Virus record (IMG/VR): IMGVR_UViG_3300035034_001226
Coordinates: 22,721 to 86,720 of that record
From: a virus
DNA length: 64,000 nucleotides
Strand: one strand, 5' to 3'
The position numbers and the translations under genes are program-made. The notes beneath the pieces are model-generated. The model did not search any database and had not been told where the DNA came from. It worked only from the letters and a program-made list of their open reading frames with translations. Below are positions 29,936 to 39,232 of this stretch, piece by piece. The first letter of the stretch is position 1, and the number at the start of each line of letters is the position of its first letter.

Positions 29936-30674
29936 CTTTATTTTTTAAATATTCTATTGTGCGTTCTAGATATTTAAATATTCTATTGTAGATTTTTTTA
30001 AAAGCCTTATTTTGCATTGCTTTAGATTCACCACCAAATACATCAATAAGATCATGATGTGATGCGGCCTGCATTATTGCTGAATTAATAGAATTACGAT
30101 CTATCTCTGTTCCACTCTTATAAAGTTTAATTAATTCACTTCTAGCCGTCAACATTGCTTCACTAGTCCTAGCATTAATCTCCGATGGATCACGATGATA
30201 TTCTGAATTATCCTCTCCAGTATCGACTGTATGACGGTTCATTTTAGTATTATCAAATGATTTACCCTTAGATAATGAATAATCCAATGCATGTCGCAAT
30301 TCGTGAACGATGGTTGAATGAATACTTTGAAATAGTCTCCTACCATATACAAGTGGGAATGTAAGAGTTATACTCTTATCTTCATAGTTATATTCACCAC
30401 CTCCAATATCATCAGAATCAGGATCAACATATATTGGAGTGGAATATATCTTAATCATACCTAAACGCCCATAAAGTGATCCAAGAACCTTAGAGTCAAC
30501 TATCTGACGTATTCTACCCACATATATTGGCTCATCATATAGGTTTTCACCCGCCTTAATTTCACGTACTACAGGCTTCATCTTAGTAAGTATTGTCTTA
30601 TTGATCTGAGTTGCTATTGCATCTAAACGGTTCTCTGCCTTAACATCCTCTGTTAAAATATCCTTGATTTTCAT
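29916..30674 (-). CDS. HExxH zinc metallopeptidase-like protein, probable internal head protein
   Basis: TIVHELRHALD...EINA; N-terminus MKIKDILTE; GATAAATA at 30681-30688. Confidence 0.65.
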   Translation of the reverse strand: MKIKDILTEDVKAENRLDAIATQINKTILTKMKPVVREIKAGENLYDEPIYVGRIRQIVDSKVLGSLYGRLGMIKIYSTPIYVDPDSDDIGGGEYNYEDKSITLTFPLVYGRRLFQSIHSTIVHELRHALDYSLSKGKSFDNTKMNRHTVDTGEDNSEYHRDPSEINARTSEAMLTARSELIKLYKSGTEIDRNSINSAIMQAASHHDLIDVFGGESKAMQNKAFKKIYNRIFKYLERTIEYLKNKGASDER

Positions 30675-30699
30675 AAAGAATATTTATCAGTTTAGACTA

Positions 30700-30888
30700 T
30701 TATGTTGGATATCCATTAAATGCCATTGTTAAAGTTGTTTCATTAATCGGCATTCTTTCATGCTTATCCGTTATTACAAACATATTACCTTGACGATCTA
30801 CATGTATTTTTTTAAATTTAAAATGTTCAGCCATTTCAGAATCAGTCAATAAATCAATTTCATCTTCAGTAATTTCCCTATATGTCAT
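30700..30888 (-). CDS. Hypothetical protein
   Basis: 62-aa ORF with GAGG RBS. Confidence 0.5.
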   Translation of the reverse strand: MTYREITEDEIDLLTDSEMAEHFKFKKIHVDRQGNMFVITDKHERMPINETTLTMAFNGYPT

Positions 30889-31086
30889 ATTATTACCCTC
30901 AGTATTTGGTATTGTTTAAATTAAGTTGAATTTATAATGCGCTATTGTGAGATTACTCTGACAATATCTCTTTTGGCTTAATCAATTGGATTTTAAAGTG
31001 CAAAGAGCTACACTTACTGTCCTTACCTTTTATTCCCGACAATTTCTTGTGGAGATGGTAACATTATATTTTATAAATTCAACCGA

Positions 31087-31115
31087 ATTATACTGCAATA
31101 ATCAGATGATGTCAA
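31087..31115 (-). promoter_or_regulatory. sigma70 consensus promoter
   Basis: TTGACA-17-TATAAT. Confidence 0.75.
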
Positions 31116-32189
31116 TTATAATGATTTACTCATTATGTCTATTCTAATTTCATCCAACCTACGGCCAATACCAGCACCTACTAGTTGATTCTTTTCCTTT
31201 TCTGATAGATACTCAAAGTTAACTTTAGATGATTCATTAATAGCATTCAGTATTGCATCAGTGTCCTCCAATCGGAGCATCCAAAGTTGAGAAACTTTAA
31301 GATATGTTTCCAACAAACTAGTATCCTGCCAAAGTCTGTATACCTTACACAAATTAAACAATTCAATAGGGTCACTAAAGTCTATTCTATTTGCAGTAAC
31401 ACCGAAACTTATAGCTTCACTAATTTCAGTTGGTATAGATTGCTTCTCAATAAAGTTATCAGCTATATCTCTTCCAACATCCATAAATGTTCCCATCCAT
31501 CTTTCAATTTCAGTTGCGTTTGATACATTGAAAAGCATCATTCGCTGGGTTAGGTCACTGAATGCGATTGATGCAAGGTCAAATATGTCATGCATTGCAT
31601 CAACATCTTTCAGAATTCTGAAAAAGTTCTGGGGATTTGGTTCCATCATTGCGCGTGAAACTTCCTTCCACACCCTTTCACTAATAAGGTGCTTCACTTC
31701 ACCAAAATCAACCATCGCTTTCATCATATCCATAGTTGAAGGGTCAACAGTAAACCCATACCGTGCTGAAAATCTAGCAACCCTAAGAATCCTAACCGGA
31801 TCGTCGGAAAATGCACTAGATACATGACGAAGTATACCATTTTTAATATCATCACGTCCACCGAAAAAATCAAAGATTTCACCAGTTTCCAAATCCTGTG
31901 CAATGGCATTAATAGTCAAATCTCTACGCTTAAGATCATCTTCAAGTGTTACGTATGGTGTGTGATTGGTAGTGAAGCCAGTATATCCATTACCAGATTT
32001 ACGCTCCGTTCGTGCGAGTGCATACTCTTCACCATCTTTCAAAAACACTGGGAATGTTTGACTTACTTGATGGTAGCCAAGAGAGTACATTTCTTCTGGT
32101 GTCGAGCCAACTACGACATAATCAATATCTTGGGGTTCTATACCCATGATTTCATCTCGTACTGCTCCACCAACTTTATAAATTTTCAT
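31116..32189 (-). CDS. cca: tRNA nucleotidyltransferase (CCA-adding enzyme)
   Basis: VGGAVRD, DIDYV, EDDLKRRDLTINA, FSDDPVRILRVARF; start moved to MKIYK. Confidence 0.92.
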   Translation of the reverse strand: MKIYKVGGAVRDEIMGIEPQDIDYVVVGSTPEEMYSLGYHQVSQTFPVFLKDGEEYALARTERKSGNGYTGFTTNHTPYVTLEDDLKRRDLTINAIAQDLETGEIFDFFGGRDDIKNGILRHVSSAFSDDPVRILRVARFSARYGFTVDPSTMDMMKAMVDFGEVKHLISERVWKEVSRAMMEPNPQNFFRILKDVDAMHDIFDLASIAFSDLTQRMMLFNVSNATEIERWMGTFMDVGRDIADNFIEKQSIPTEISEAISFGVTANRIDFSDPIELFNLCKVYRLWQDTSLLETYLKVSQLWMLRLEDTDAILNAINESSKVNFEYLSEKEKNQLVGAGIGRRLDEIRIDIMSKSL

Positions 32190-32364
32190 ATCTATCACCT
32201 TGATTAAACTATTAATACATTTAAGCATGTATTATTGTTGATGTCAAGGTTTATTTTAACCTATTAATATTTAGTAGCCTTGCCTTTAATCGCAAATGTT
32301 ACACAAGTCCTCCGAATCGAACGGTACGGAGGACATCCTAGCCCACCCGCTGCACCAGCAAACG

Positions 32365-32584
32365 CTAACCCGCACTACTATTTTTATATTCAGCTATCCA
32401 ATCAACAATTTTCTGGTTTTCTTCTTCATCACAAAGATTATCACTATAACTGAATTTCACATATAATTTATTTTCAGGAATCATTGATCCAATATTGTTT
32501 TTGTCGTCTTCATCTAATATCAACATTATAGGTTGATCATTAGAATCGTATATTGTGTATTGTGTTTCCTATTTTTACTTTCAT
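32365..32584 (-). pseudogene. Small gene frameshifted by a 7-bp tandem duplication
   Basis: tattgtg x2 at 32551-32564; removing one copy gives MKVKIGNTIYDSNDQPIMLILDEDDK... Confidence 0.65.
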
Positions 32585-32586
32585 AT

Positions 32587-32663
32587 TGGTAGCGGGAGAG
32601 GGATTCGAACCCTCGACCTTCTGGTTATGAGCCAAACGAGATACCTGCCTTCTCCACCCCGCA
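32587..32663 (-). tRNA. tRNA-fMet (CAU)
   Basis: 1-72 mismatch, TTGG-CTCATAA-CCAG, CCA. Confidence 0.9.
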
Positions 32664-32748
32664 AACTGTCGCTTCGACATCCTTGTCAAAGCATAATCTG
32701 TGTGTTGACGTTATTATAACATAACTAGTAAGCTTGTCAACTATTTAT

Positions 32749-32834
32749 TGGTGCCCCTCACAGGACTTGAACCTGTACATCCTTTCGAATACTAGCACCT
32801 AAAGCTAGCGTGTCTACCATTCCACCACAGAGGC
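32749..32834 (-). tRNA. tRNA-Leu (UAG), long variable arm
   Basis: CTAGC-TTTAGGT-GCTAG, CCA. Confidence 0.92.
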
Positions 32835-32906
32835 ATTTTTCTGTATTACTATTTATGCAGTTTACCAAACTTTTGCCATAATAGCAAGTCAACTTTTGAT
32901 TTTCCC

Positions 32907-33149
32907 CTAAATTGTATCTGTCATAATATGAAATATTTTAGTTGTATCCTCTATCATATGTAGACTTTGACGACTGAGTTCATCATACATCATTTTAACA
33001 CGTTTATGATATTCATCAGAATCCCTATCATATTCCTCAGTAAATTCATCACCATCTGACGGCCACGAATGGTAACGTCCAACACTCGGGTCCAGATATG
33101 TAATGAATTCGATTGTGTTCCCATTAACCTCATCAATATATAAATCCAT
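32907..33149 (-). CDS. Hypothetical protein
   Basis: 80-aa ORF. Confidence 0.55.
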   Translation of the reverse strand: MDLYIDEVNGNTIEFITYLDPSVGRYHSWPSDGDEFTEEYDRDSDEYHKRVKMMYDELSRQSLHMIEDTTKIFHIMTDTI

Positions 33150-33287
33150 TATTAGGCCCAGTTATCAATAAACATCCCAACCTGTAATTCATCAAACTTC
33201 ATATTAAGATTCCTTAATTTTTTCATCATTTATATTCATTTCTAAGTCTCATCAAGCTACTAAATGAACCCATAGGTTTATGTAGTA

Positions 33288-33974
33288 TTAATTACCTTTC
33301 ATGTAAATATTATTTTCATCACATAATGTGGTCAATTCGTTGTATATCTTATAATCATACTTATTAAGTGTGATTAAAAAATCAATGACCCAATTTGGAA
33401 CATTATTTCTGAAAGTTTCATCACCGGGAATTTCATGTCCTATTGGATATAAGTTCTCTCCAACACCTATCATAATACCGAATATTATCAAATCTTTTGC
33501 ATACGTTTCTTTATTAAAAATAAGTATTGGCATATTTCGCAATCTATCAAATGCAAGGTCTATCTTATCTTCGTACAATACTTCCAACTTCCCGGCTATG
33601 GATTTTGTATATGCGTTGCTAAAATGTGATTTATCGTTTACTAACTTTTCCACAATATCCACCCAGAATTGTGGTTTAGTTAATTGATCTATCTTATGTC
33701 CACCTTCTGGCCGTGTACGTAGTTCCAATAAACTTAATGCCCGTTCCACTGGATCACGCAGAATGGTAAAAAACTCATGTTTATCTTCAAGTTCATCTAA
33801 GTATATACCGGGTTCAACTTCTATTATTTTTATGCGTTCATTTCTAATAGGTTCAAATTCATTAATTCTTTCAATAATATCATTTTTACGATATGGTAAT
33901 CCGTGGGCATGGTATGCTCTACGTAATGTCGAACCCCCACAACGTTGATGATGTAAAAAAATCTTAGCCGTCAT
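33288..33974 (-). CDS. Sulfotransferase family 2-like protein
   Basis: IFLHHQRCGGST, FFTILRDPVERALS, NKYDYKIY. Confidence 0.75.
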   Translation of the reverse strand: MTAKIFLHHQRCGGSTLRRAYHAHGLPYRKNDIIERINEFEPIRNERIKIIEVEPGIYLDELEDKHEFFTILRDPVERALSLLELRTRPEGGHKIDQLTKPQFWVDIVEKLVNDKSHFSNAYTKSIAGKLEVLYEDKIDLAFDRLRNMPILIFNKETYAKDLIIFGIMIGVGENLYPIGHEIPGDETFRNNVPNWVIDFLITLNKYDYKIYNELTTLCDENNIYMKGN

Positions 33975-34450
33975 TATGTATATAACCTACTCATAAGTTC
34001 TTCATTTTTAATTGTTGTTCTTAATTTCATTAACCTACTACAAAATTCTGTTCTGGTTAATATTGTTTCAGACTTATTTGTCCTTCCAATACTGTGTGTC
34101 AATTTTGAATTATTAGATGCCATTAGAGCTTTACGTGCTTTCGAATTTTCAGTGTATAGTACAGTGAATGCTTCATCCAAAAGTTCTTGATATTCATCTG
34201 ACTTTCTTTGGTATGCTACACCATCCCACCATAATACTTGATCACGTTGCCAATTTTTATTAGCACCTGACTTCTTTGCTGCAAACCCAACCAAAGTGCA
34301 AATATGTTTTTGCATCTCAACATCTTTAAATTTTAACGACTGTAAAAACCCTTCCATAGATGCTACCTCCACACCCCTAAATGTAAACGGGTGTGGAGCA
34401 AAATTACTTAATGCACCTGCTGGGTATTTTGTCCCTGATTTTATATCCAT
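33974..34450 (-). CDS. T4 gp30.3-like NADAR-superfamily protein
   Basis: LSNFAPHPF...SMEGFLQSLKF...GFAAK...TILTRTEFC. Confidence 0.85.
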   Translation of the reverse strand: MDIKSGTKYPAGALSNFAPHPFTFRGVEVASMEGFLQSLKFKDVEMQKHICTLVGFAAKKSGANKNWQRDQVLWWDGVAYQRKSDEYQELLDEAFTVLYTENSKARKALMASNNSKLTHSIGRTNKSETILTRTEFCSRLMKLRTTIKNEELMSRLYT

Positions 34451-34453
34451 AAT

Positions 34454-34858
34454 TTATGATCTATTATTTCTCTTGGCAAGTCGTTTCATTTTTCTGTTAT
34501 GTTCTTCATGCCACTCTGGGCCTATACAACTGTCACATCTAGTAGTAAACCAACCATCTCTATCTTGTCTATTACTTTCAGTACCACATAAATCGCAATA
34601 ATTAAGTGATTGTTCTTGTAACTGATTAACAGTATTACGAATTTCTAACATAGTCGTTTCATCAATATCATTACCATCACTAAAACTAAAGTAGTATTCT
34701 AATTTACCAAATTTATCCTTTATCTGATAGATATTGTACTCTGGATCAACGGCTGATATGCATTCATCTATAGCTTGAATTATTAATTTCTAACCAGTTA
34801 AATATTCGTGAGAATTACTATATTGCATTCTACTGCATCGTTCTTTAAAAGTATTCAT
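34454..34858 (-). pseudogene. Conserved phage protein with in-frame TAG at a Trp-like position
   Basis: MNTFK...TG*KLIIQAIDEC...YQIKDKFGKLEYY...CDLCG; TAG at 34790-34792. Confidence 0.7.
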
Positions 34859-34859
34859 A

Positions 34860-35147
34860 TTACTGACATAATCCATTTATGACTCTATATGTACTTAGGT
34901 TACCAATGCCATTCACTGTCAGCATAGCCTGTGCCCATCCTAAACATCTATGGGCTTTCTCACCATCTATCTCAGAATATATAATTTGATTCAATATATT
35001 AACCTGATGTTGGATATCGTCACCATTGCCGATTGGGATATATTCAGTATCAATGTGTCGAACCATTACTTCTGCACCATCGGGAGTGTATCCACCTAAC
35101 AATTCAGCAAGTTTTAATGTTTGTTCTGCGGCCTTAATTAATTCCAT
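34860..35147 (-). CDS. Hypothetical protein (start at MELIK)
   Basis: GGAG RBS; KAHRCLGWAQAML. Confidence 0.6.
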   Translation of the reverse strand: MELIKAAEQTLKLAELLGGYTPDGAEVMVRHIDTEYIPIGNGDDIQHQVNILNQIIYSEIDGEKAHRCLGWAQAMLTVNGIGNLSTYRVINGLCQ

Positions 35148-35148
35148 A

Positions 35149-35433
35149 TTATTCTCCAAATAATTGTTGTTCATTACGTTGAATATTAACAAGTTTCAGT
35201 AATATATCACTGTGACATTTTTTAGGTTTACACCAACAACCCAATCTTTTATCATGTAACTCATGTAAACTATACATAAGTTCTGGCTGTTTTACAATCC
35301 ACGATTCATACATTTTTATGACTTCTGTACGATTACCATCCTTACCAACGGTAAATGGATTCCCCCATTTACTGGGTCTTCCAATGTATACATCATAATC
35401 ATCTGTTTTACAATTTACTATTTTTATTATAAT
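35149..35433 (-). CDS. DUF4326 domain protein lacking ATG start
   Basis: DVYIGRPSKWGNPF...LGCWCKPKKCHSDIL; frame begins ATT ATA ATA right after the tRNA CCA. Confidence 0.75.
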   Translation of the reverse strand: MIIKIVNCKTDDYDVYIGRPSKWGNPFTVGKDGNRTEVIKMYESWIVKQPELMYSLHELHDKRLGCWCKPKKCHSDILLKLVNIQRNEQQLFGE

Positions 35434-35510
35434 TGGTGGGCCGGGAAGGACTCGAACCTTCGACCGTGAAATTATGAGTTTCCTACTCTAACCAACTGAG
35501 TTACCGGCCC
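35434..35510 (-). tRNA. tRNA-Ile2 (CAU)
   Basis: GGGCCGG acceptor, GAAA-CTCATAA-TTTC, CCA. Confidence 0.88.
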
Positions 35511-35516
35511 AATGCT

Positions 35517-36665
35517 TTACATGCGGTCCTCTAAATGTAGTGCTGTAGCAACTGGTATACGAGGTTTCAATTTACCCGGTGTTCTGCCGAAGTACCTAAT
35601 TGTAGCCTCTTTGCCAACATAAGCATTACGATTTTCAAATACTTCCTTAAGGTATGTTCTATTACCACGCATACCTGCACCAGTCTCACCACACTCACCT
35701 TGGTTATTCTGAAATATTACACGCTTTGCACAACCAGACCAGTTACCTTGACCTTCTTCAATGCGTACAATAATAAATTCTTCATCTTCAAAGTCTTTAC
35801 GTTTGATAAGAGCATTACTACGCTTCTGAGAATACTCTTCATTTAAACGAATGATACCACCTTCATAACCCTGATCAACAACCATATCATACACAACATC
35901 AATCTCAGCTTCAGACATACACTTATGTGTTTTTACGATTCGAATTGGAGTGTTACAATTATCACCTTCAATTGTAACCGCATTATCAACGAGGATTTTA
36001 ACCACCGCGTCAAAACGTGCAATAAATGGTTGGTCCATAAGATATGGGTAATCATAGATGTGATATTGCATTAATCGGCTAGACTTATCAAGATCATCTT
36101 CAGTTACTTTAACACGCTTGACAATAGAAACTATCTCATTAAAGTCATCTTTGAAATCGTGGTTATAAAGTTCACCATCAAATATAGCATCAGGATTCTC
36201 ATCAAATGCTGGTTGCAGGGCTTCCATGATGTGGGGTGCTGCAACAATAGGCTTACCTGTGCGACTCCACATGCCATGACGTGTTGCAATACAACGGATA
36301 CCATCAAGTTTACCTTGAAAGTAAACAGGTTCGTTGTATTTTAACTTAGATTTACGCTTTTCCCAAGTAGAAGCCAACATAGGTGCAAATATTTTCGGAG
36401 TGTCAACATCCTCAATATTAGAATGGTAATCTACGTCAAGCTTCTTAGTGTAATGTGAAGCAACTTCGGCCTCAGCCTGTTCCTCACCAGTAGTAACATT
36501 GGATCGACCAACGTTTTTTGATTCAGCAGTAGTCCATTCGGATGTTACTTGTTGACCCTCTTGTAGACCTGCAACAGTACGATACTGATCGCCATTTAGT
36601 TGCATTCGCCATTCACGAATGTTGCCTTTACTGTCACGTTTATAGATGGTTGGAAATGTTTTCAT
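35517..36665 (-). CDS. lig: ATP-dependent DNA ligase
   Basis: PMLA, QGKLDGIRC, FDGELY, YEGGIIR, IKRK, OB domain. Confidence 0.92.
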   Translation of the reverse strand: MKTFPTIYKRDSKGNIREWRMQLNGDQYRTVAGLQEGQQVTSEWTTAESKNVGRSNVTTGEEQAEAEVASHYTKKLDVDYHSNIEDVDTPKIFAPMLASTWEKRKSKLKYNEPVYFQGKLDGIRCIATRHGMWSRTGKPIVAAPHIMEALQPAFDENPDAIFDGELYNHDFKDDFNEIVSIVKRVKVTEDDLDKSSRLMQYHIYDYPYLMDQPFIARFDAVVKILVDNAVTIEGDNCNTPIRIVKTHKCMSEAEIDVVYDMVVDQGYEGGIIRLNEEYSQKRSNALIKRKDFEDEEFIIVRIEEGQGNWSGCAKRVIFQNNQGECGETGAGMRGNRTYLKEVFENRNAYVGKEATIRYFGRTPGKLKPRIPVATALHLEDRM

Positions 36666-36729
36666 TTTATAATCCTTGTGTATTTGAATGAAGTATATAA
36701 TACTGATGATGTATTGTCAAGTATCTTAA

Positions 36730-37088
36730 GCATTAGAATATGAGTAATCGGTTAGGAACGTCTGGACATCTTTAAATCTTGCCGTTCCATTAAAGTGTTG
36801 GTATCACCTGTCTCGATAGGTCCAACGGCCAACGACACACCCGATTTCAAACATATTTTGGTGTATATGCTTCGCTCTGAACTCACCCACATATACTGCT
36901 CAAGCGTGTAATTTATCCTCAAGTCAGAGAGCGTCCGTCAGGATAATACACGCTGTGTAACGTTTCCAAAATCGATTTAGTTAGATATGTTACCCGAAGG
37001 TGGTTTAGGTCTTCGGTATGATATTTTGTGATGTTCAATTCACCTCGGTCTTACCCGTCCACATAAACCAATAACATATCTAACTAAT
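36730..37088 (-). ncRNA. Unknown ~350-nt structured RNA with its own promoter
   Basis: No ORF; 16-bp perfect inverted repeat 36977-36992/37072-37087; further long stems and loop-loop complementarity. Confidence 0.65.
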
Positions 37089-37094
37089 TTTAAA

Positions 37095-37122
37095 AGTATA
37101 ACAGTTTAAATATCAATGTCAA
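37095..37122 (-). promoter_or_regulatory. sigma70-like promoter
   Basis: TTGACA-16-TATACT directly upstream of the structured region. Confidence 0.65.
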
Positions 37123-37316
37123 GAATTTTTTTGTTTTCTATTCCACGCCTTCTTTGAGGTATAATCATGAATATTGATAGATAGCTTTGAATAATTTGTC
37201 AAGGCCATTAGTGGGTGGGCTATTATATCATGTAGCATAGCCCATCCACGATGTTCATTATAATCAATACAATGCTTTTGTGGATCAATTTTCATGAAAG
37301 AATTATACCACACCAA
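37119..37316 (-). CDS. Hypothetical protein
   Basis: 65-aa ORF. Confidence 0.5.
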   Translation of the reverse strand: MVWYNSFMKIDPQKHCIDYNEHRGWAMLHDIIAHPLMALTNYSKLSINIHDYTSKKAWNRKQKNS

Positions 37317-37344
37317 AAACTATAAGTAAATAGTGTGGTTTAAT

Positions 37345-37686
37345 TTATGCAATCATAAGTGCATATGTAACATATAGACATGTCATATGGATTGCTTGAT
37401 CGAATCCAATAGTACCAAAAAATAATCTCTGGTTACCTACTTTATTAAAATGTCCTGAGACTTTAGATGTAATGAAGTCAGTTATCCAGTGTAGTACAAA
37501 GTTTAGTAGTGCATACTGCCAACCAAACCATAGCAATGGTAATGAATAAATAAATACATGAAATGTTAACCATTTCAAACTTGATCCCTTATTCATTGCC
37601 ATCTTGTTTATTTGGCAAACAAAGTCACCAAAAAAATGCATCCAAACTAAAAGTATAATATCTGTAATCATAATATGAACCTCCAT
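37345..37686 (-). CDS. DUF3307 membrane protein
   Basis: HFFGDFVCQ, HVFIY, HWITD, IGFDQAIH. Confidence 0.8.
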   Translation of the reverse strand: MEVHIMITDIILLVWMHFFGDFVCQINKMAMNKGSSLKWLTFHVFIYSLPLLWFGWQYALLNFVLHWITDFITSKVSGHFNKVGNQRLFFGTIGFDQAIHMTCLYVTYALMIA

Positions 37687-37883
37687 TGGTCGTTGTTCAT
37701 AATACTATTTACGTATACAAGTTACTTAAGTTCTTAATAAATAAGGGGTTTTGTGAACCATGTCACATTAAGACATGGTTCAGTTCACAGTTTGAGAATT
37801 TTCTAGTTCATCTAATCTATAAGATAAGGCTGATGCTAATAAATTAGCATCAGATTTGTACATTCCTGCACTATTGATACAGT

Positions 37884-38657
37884 TCAATTCAATGACCTTA
37901 TTAATAATTTACATTCATGTAAACGTTTAAATTCCATTATACCTAATTCGTCAATCTTAGATTTTTTCCATATTTCATCCCGGTTCGGATGCTTTCGCCA
38001 AGTAGTGTGGGATATTTCAAATTCATTATCTGCATTCTGTGCAGACATCCACAGTTCACCAAATTTATCATCAACATATCCAGCATTACTAGTAATAATA
38101 CATTTTGCTCCTAGACACAACATTGGATTTATTGATTCCCAAAAATAACATGCTTGCTCTAACGATACATTTGAAAAATTATCAATATATAATAAATCTA
38201 ATGATAATCCTTTACATGAATGTGCACTTGCTTGGTTGGCATGTATAGATGAGCCATTATCAAATTTAATTTTAGTCTTATCATATGTTACTATATCTTG
38301 GCGGATAAAGTCTGGACATGATTCATGGGCTGTTCTTATAATATTTATGAAATCCCTAGCATGATCCCACTCACTACATGCAATTAATATTTTACTATTT
38401 GGTACGAACATAGCATACCACAACATGTACATTAGTGATACTGTGGTTTTCCCCATATCTTCACCCATCAAATTAATCGAATCTTTACAATCACGATAAA
38501 CATCTAACAAACAAAATTGGTGTTCATAAGGTATAAATTTAATTAAGCCTTTGTTTGGATGTTCTATGTATATAAACTCAGAAATAAAATATTCTGGACC
38601 ATATATCGGATCAGTGCATTGTGTTAATTGAACGTTTTCATTTTTAGTTAATATCAT
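37884..38657 (-). CDS. Second terminase ATPase-domain paralog, catalytically altered
   Basis: Colinear with residues ~20-265 of the gp17 at 485-2047; GEDMGKT, LLYIDNF, CIITSN. Confidence 0.8.
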   Translation of the reverse strand: MILTKNENVQLTQCTDPIYGPEYFISEFIYIEHPNKGLIKFIPYEHQFCLLDVYRDCKDSINLMGEDMGKTTVSLMYMLWYAMFVPNSKILIACSEWDHARDFINIIRTAHESCPDFIRQDIVTYDKTKIKFDNGSSIHANQASAHSCKGLSLDLLYIDNFSNVSLEQACYFWESINPMLCLGAKCIITSNAGYVDDKFGELWMSAQNADNEFEISHTTWRKHPNRDEIWKKSKIDELGIMEFKRLHECKLLIRSLN

Positions 38658-38788
38658 TTAATTTACCTTATTAAAAATAGTGTGGGTTTACGGGGTAAGC
38701 TTTATAACTTACAATTACTGTTTCTCATTCCTGAGACAAACCCACCTCTTCTCCCATCAGCATATAGAGGTCTGCTGACACTATTAAA

Positions 38789-39232
38789 TCACCCTGCCCA
38801 AGATAAAAAATTAGGGTTGGATTCCACCTTCTTTTTAGTTTCAAGAGCTTCGCTTTTTTTCACTGGGACTGTAAAATATTCAGTAAGTTCTACACCCTTA
38901 CCGTTATTTTCCTTTTCAATTTCACGTTCAATCCTTCGAGTGGCTTCACTTACCATCTCTTCATAATTTCCCTGAAATGCCTTAGATGGTTCATAGTTTT
39001 TAACACCCTCCATAGCTTTAACTAAATCTGAAATTCTATCATCCTTTGATTTTCGTGGTAATGGCTTTAGATGGTAATATAGAAACCCAACGTCAGAATA
39101 CAATCCATCAATTTGACGATTGAATGCTTTATCGCTTTCAGATTCCTTATTACCAAAGATGGTATCCCAATTATCCGACACTTGTTTGCTTGAAACTAAT
39201 GTTGGTCTACGCTTTGAACCTTTACCACTCAT
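38789..39232 (-). CDS. Hypothetical protein
   Basis: MSGKGSKRRP N-terminus, 147 aa. Confidence 0.65.
   Translation of the reverse strand: MSGKGSKRRPTLVSSKQVSDNWDTIFGNKESESDKAFNRQIDGLYSDVGFLYYHLKPLPRKSKDDRISDLVKAMEGVKNYEPSKAFQGNYEEMVSEATRRIEREIEKENNGKGVELTEYFTVPVKKSEALETKKKVESNPNFLSWAG

Noticed and set aside
32288-32334. GTCCTCCG/CGGAGGAC hairpin with a T-loop-like loop as a tRNA or ncRNA
   Set aside because: A single hairpin with no acceptor, D arm or CCA; could be a simple processing or stability hairpin
36730-37088. tmRNA, RNase P RNA or retron msr/msd
   Set aside because: No Ala-type acceptor or CCA, no GAGGAAAGUCC/P4 motifs, and no reverse transcriptase gene in the window
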